In this document: in pieces, positions 61,445-64,000 of the stretch | How the letters are laid out: each line of letters starts with the position of its first letter | Position numbering within the stretch: the stretch's first letter is position 1 | Origin: an uncultured Nitrospiraceae bacterium | GTDB lineage: Bacteria; Nitrospirota; Thermodesulfovibrionia; Thermodesulfovibrionales; Dissulfurispiraceae | Length of the DNA: 64,000 nt | Reading direction: 5' to 3' | Assembly (NCBI GenBank): GCA_963727805.1 | Contig: CAVSHF010000005.1 | Coordinates: 1 to 64,000, forward strand | The notes under the pieces: model-generated | Databases searched by the model: none | Seen by the model: the letters and a program-made list of their open reading frames with translations, nothing else | What the model was told of the DNA's origin: nothing | Program-made: the position numbers and the translations under genes

Positions 61445-61774
61445 TTATCGACTTACTTTGGCGGCAACAAGACGATTCAAGCTTACTCCAGTTTCAGCAG
61501 ATTCGATAGCAAGCAATCTGTGTGTTTCGGGTGTAACGCGAACCACAAATTTTCCACTGTAGTGCCGATTTGCGATCGGTTCTGGAATAGGCTCTCCAGT
61601 CTGTTTCATATCATTAACCGCCTCGGCGACAACTTTGCGGATGCCTTTCAGGGCAGCTTCGGGCGTTTCTGCTAACCAACTTAAGCTTGGAAATTCGGCA
61701 CAAAGTCCGACATACTCCTCGTCGTCTGTCGACCAAGTCACCCTATATGTATAATGATCATTCTTCAATTCCAT
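61445..61774 (-). CDS. hicB: HicB family antitoxin
   Basis: EFPSLSW.A.TPE.AL, YSGKF.VR.....H..L. Confidence 0.88.
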   Translation of the reverse strand: MELKNDHYTYRVTWSTDDEEYVGLCAEFPSLSWLAETPEAALKGIRKVVAEAVNDMKQTGEPIPEPIANRHYSGKFVVRVTPETHRLLAIESAETGVSLNRLVAAKVSR

Positions 61775-62018
61775 AATTCACCTCCAAGATCTCAATGGCT
61801 TTAATCACCTGTTTTACCTGATAGCTCTTAGCTTTCCCTTTAGCATTTTGAATGTTTATCCGCGGATCTCCCTGCCAAGGCGTTCTATATATTCTATGAC
61901 TGCTTCCTTTTTGCCTAGCAGCGCCAAAGTAGTGGTCACAGACGGTGCATAAGTCAGCGAATCTGACATTGCCAGGATTATTCTTCATCTGTGAAACCAT
62001 TTCAGCAATGTTTGGCAT
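61758..62018 (-). CDS. hicA: HicA family toxin
   Basis: NP.NVRF.DL, GSSH, AK.YQVKQV; overlaps hicB. Confidence 0.85.
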   Translation of the reverse strand: MPNIAEMVSQMKNNPGNVRFADLCTVCDHYFGAARQKGSSHRIYRTPWQGDPRINIQNAKGKAKSYQVKQVIKAIEILEVNYGIEE

Positions 62019-62187
62019 GGTTTAATTATAGTATCAATAATAGTACTATGTCAATGGCTGTCAATATAAATATCAACATTGCACTTGAAAATCTAAGGTA
62101 TGACGAATCAGCATGATAATCCGACGGCCATTTATTTATTGCGGACGGGCGGATGGATAAACAATGGATGTGCCCAGTTCTCAGTAA

Positions 62188-62246
62188 CTACTTAAAATCA
62201 ATACCTGAGGGCTTCCTGAATGTACTTGTGAGTACGTGGAAATCAT
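62188..62246 (+). repeat. Type-A dispersed site (divergent)
   Basis: CTACTTAAAATC...GAGTACGTGGAAATC. Confidence 0.6.
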
Positions 62247-62314
62247 CGGCGGTTCAGTTCGCCCCGAGGCGTGGCAATTTTACACCGATCCACGAAGCGC
62301 TTCGTTATGGAGCC

Positions 62315-62614
62315 TTATTCTTTCTCATCCTCTGGATACCAAGTAAACCCTGGCTCAACTTTTCCGTTTAACCCGTCAAAACTCTTCAGTTCGACAATAT
62401 CTTCAACATAAAACAGCGGCGGATCGTCTTCTTTATTATGAAGTTGGGTGTTAATGTCCTCTCTTCTTCTTATAGTCTCTATCGCCTTTAATGCGGCGTC
62501 ATCAGGATTAGTCGCCTCAACCTGACATGATGTATAGAAACCATGTCTGGCATTCCCATTGCCAAGGTTTATGATGAAGTTATGACCATTTATCAATACG
62601 CGATATTTATTCAT
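62315..62614 (-). CDS. Hypothetical cassette-like protein flanked by attC-like sites
   Basis: GGCGTG..TTT.AC.CCGATCC cores at ~62267 and ~62641, each ending GTTATG. Confidence 0.65.
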   Translation of the reverse strand: MNKYRVLINGHNFIINLGNGNARHGFYTSCQVEATNPDDAALKAIETIRRREDINTQLHNKEDDPPLFYVEDIVELKSFDGLNGKVEPGFTWYPEDEKE

Positions 62615-62749
62615 ATTGTTAGGCATAAAGCTCAACGGGAGGCGTGTGAAGTTTCACGCCGATCCCGCGCAGCGCCTTGTTATGTTTCATTTCTTTTAAT
62701 CGTACACGTCCCTTTGTCATCTTTCTGAGACTATAACACAAAATTACTT

Positions 62750-63580
62750 CTACTTATAATCTCCAATGCGGGGAAACTGCTCATTTTGTAAGGGTCGAGT
62801 AGGCCGGTGGAATCGCACCACCAGCCCCTCACAGATTCCGTACGTGAACCTCTCGATTCATACGGCTCGTGTCAATCATCAAGTTGAGTCTTTGCAGTCT
62901 CAACCATACACATTGAGCGATAGTTCCTCCTGGTCACCCAGTTGACTGGTACTCTTTGTGGATTGACCCATCCCCTTCCCTCCACGGCTTATTATCACCG
63001 CTTCATCGGTACTATTGGACGGTCCGACCCCTTCACCTGCATCGATACTTTCCCCCTTCGTTTGCACTTATAGGGTTTTCTCTTAGCATCAGATGAAGAG
63101 TTCCCGCGTTCCACACAGGAGCCTAGATCAGCTTCATGCCGCCTCTATGCCGGACGCCGTTCAGGCAGTAAACAGGTATCTCCTGAACTAATCCTGATGC
63201 AAAGTAAGAACATCAGTTTTGACGTCGTCCTTTTCCTTTCGACACCTCATCAGCGGTTCGCTTACGCTCATCTCTCTGATCCATCCCTGACACGATCTAG
63301 TCGTGCCTTTTCCTTTAACGCTCACCACCGGAGCCTTTCGACTACAGCAGCTTAAGGTGGGTTGAAGCCTGCTCCTGCAAGCCGGCTTCGAGGGGCCAAC
63401 CCTCATCTTCCTGTGCAGCCTCGTGGCGCACTTACGACCGGAAATCGAGACCAGCGCTTGTCGGTAGAGAATGTTATAGCCACCTGAAAGTCATCTATTT
63501 TACCAGTACCAGAAATTTGGTGATTTCCCGAACAAACTACCATGACCGCTTAGTTGAGTGCTTCCTAGTTACACGCTGAG
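62750..63580 (+). repeat. Type-A site interrupted after +44 by an ORF-less intron, followed by a type-B site at 63481
   Basis: CTACTTATAATC...GG|intron|TTACGACCGGAAATC; CACCTGAAAGTCATCTATTTTACCAGTACC. Confidence 0.8.
62794..63431 (-). ncRNA. ORF-less group II intron, copy 2 (638 nt)
   Basis: Appears identical to 34789-35426. Confidence 0.9.
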
Positions 63581-63583
63581 GCC

Positions 63584-63613
63584 CTCAATGCCGGTAAAAT
63601 AACCGGCATTGAG
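63584..63613. terminator. Hairpin, probable terminator
   Basis: CTCAATGCCGGT-AAAATA-ACCGGCATTGAG. Confidence 0.55.
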
Positions 63614-63691
63614 ATGGCAAACAGAATGAGATATCTTTTGAGCCCAGACAAAAAAAGGTCAGCGGCTCTCCTTATGGACCATTCCCCGCAA

Positions 63692-64000
63692 CTATTGCAA
63701 CTGCAGGTTGAACACAACGTTGTCTATCTTACTCGCCGCCTTGATGGTAAAGGTCATGGTCCACCATCCGGGCATACTGAACTTTATTCCCTCGACAAGG
63801 TAAGTACCGTCACCGAGGTTTTTGGTCACCTTCGGCTCTGTGGGGAGACCGTGGCCATGTTCCGGCATACCACCGTTGACAGTGATCTCTGCATCCTTTA
63901 CTGGCTGACCATCAATTGTCTCGACCTTCAGTTTCCAGCTTATGATTTTATTTACAGGAATCACTTCAGGGTCACTGAAATAGGTGACCTTGAAACTGCC
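63692..64000 (-). CDS. FixH/YtkA-like protein (5' part outside window)
   Basis: GGMPEHGHGLPT.P.V....GDG.Y.VEG.KF.MPGWW. Confidence 0.75.
   Translation of the reverse strand, partial: GSFKVTYFSDPEVIPVNKIISWKLKVETIDGQPVKDAEITVNGGMPEHGHGLPTEPKVTKNLGDGTYLVEGIKFSMPGWWTMTFTIKAASKIDNVVFNLQLQ

Noticed and set aside
19646..62810. CTACT repeats as remnants of a protein C-terminus (minus strand ...RF......DFK*)
   Set aside because: Many copies have in-frame stops and the spacer shows no consistent amino-acid conservation; disfavoured but not fully excluded.
19646..62810. CTACT repeats as dif/pdif sites
   Set aside because: No 11-6-11 XerC/XerD arm arrangement and no TTATGTTAAAT match.

Overview
Bacterial accessory region, probably from an anaerobe such as Nitrospirota or Desulfobacterota (inferred from gene style only). 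It is very rich in mobile DNA: four IS110/IS1111 elements, IS21, two identical IS1182 copies, IS1380, IS630, an IS200 plus a non-autonomous derivative, an IS91-like transposase/tyrosine-recombinase composite, one RT-encoding class D group II intron and two identical ORF-less group II introns. Cargo genes include pal, degP/degQ, msrA/msrB, lepB, a c-di-GMP-riboswitch-controlled GGDEF gene, HicAB and many small secreted or membrane proteins. The main hidden signal is a family of about 20 degenerate, mostly co-oriented ~60-bp non-coding sites (CTACTTAWARTC-N30-GNTTWY-N5-RWAATY) that divide the region into 1-3-gene modules. Their left and right flanks are mixed and matched, a stand-alone non-IntI tyrosine recombinase lies among them, and several unrelated mobile elements have inserted into them. 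This looks like a recombinase-driven gene-module array distinct from a classical integron, although it also carries scattered attC-like cassettes. All calls are by eye; no database searches were run.
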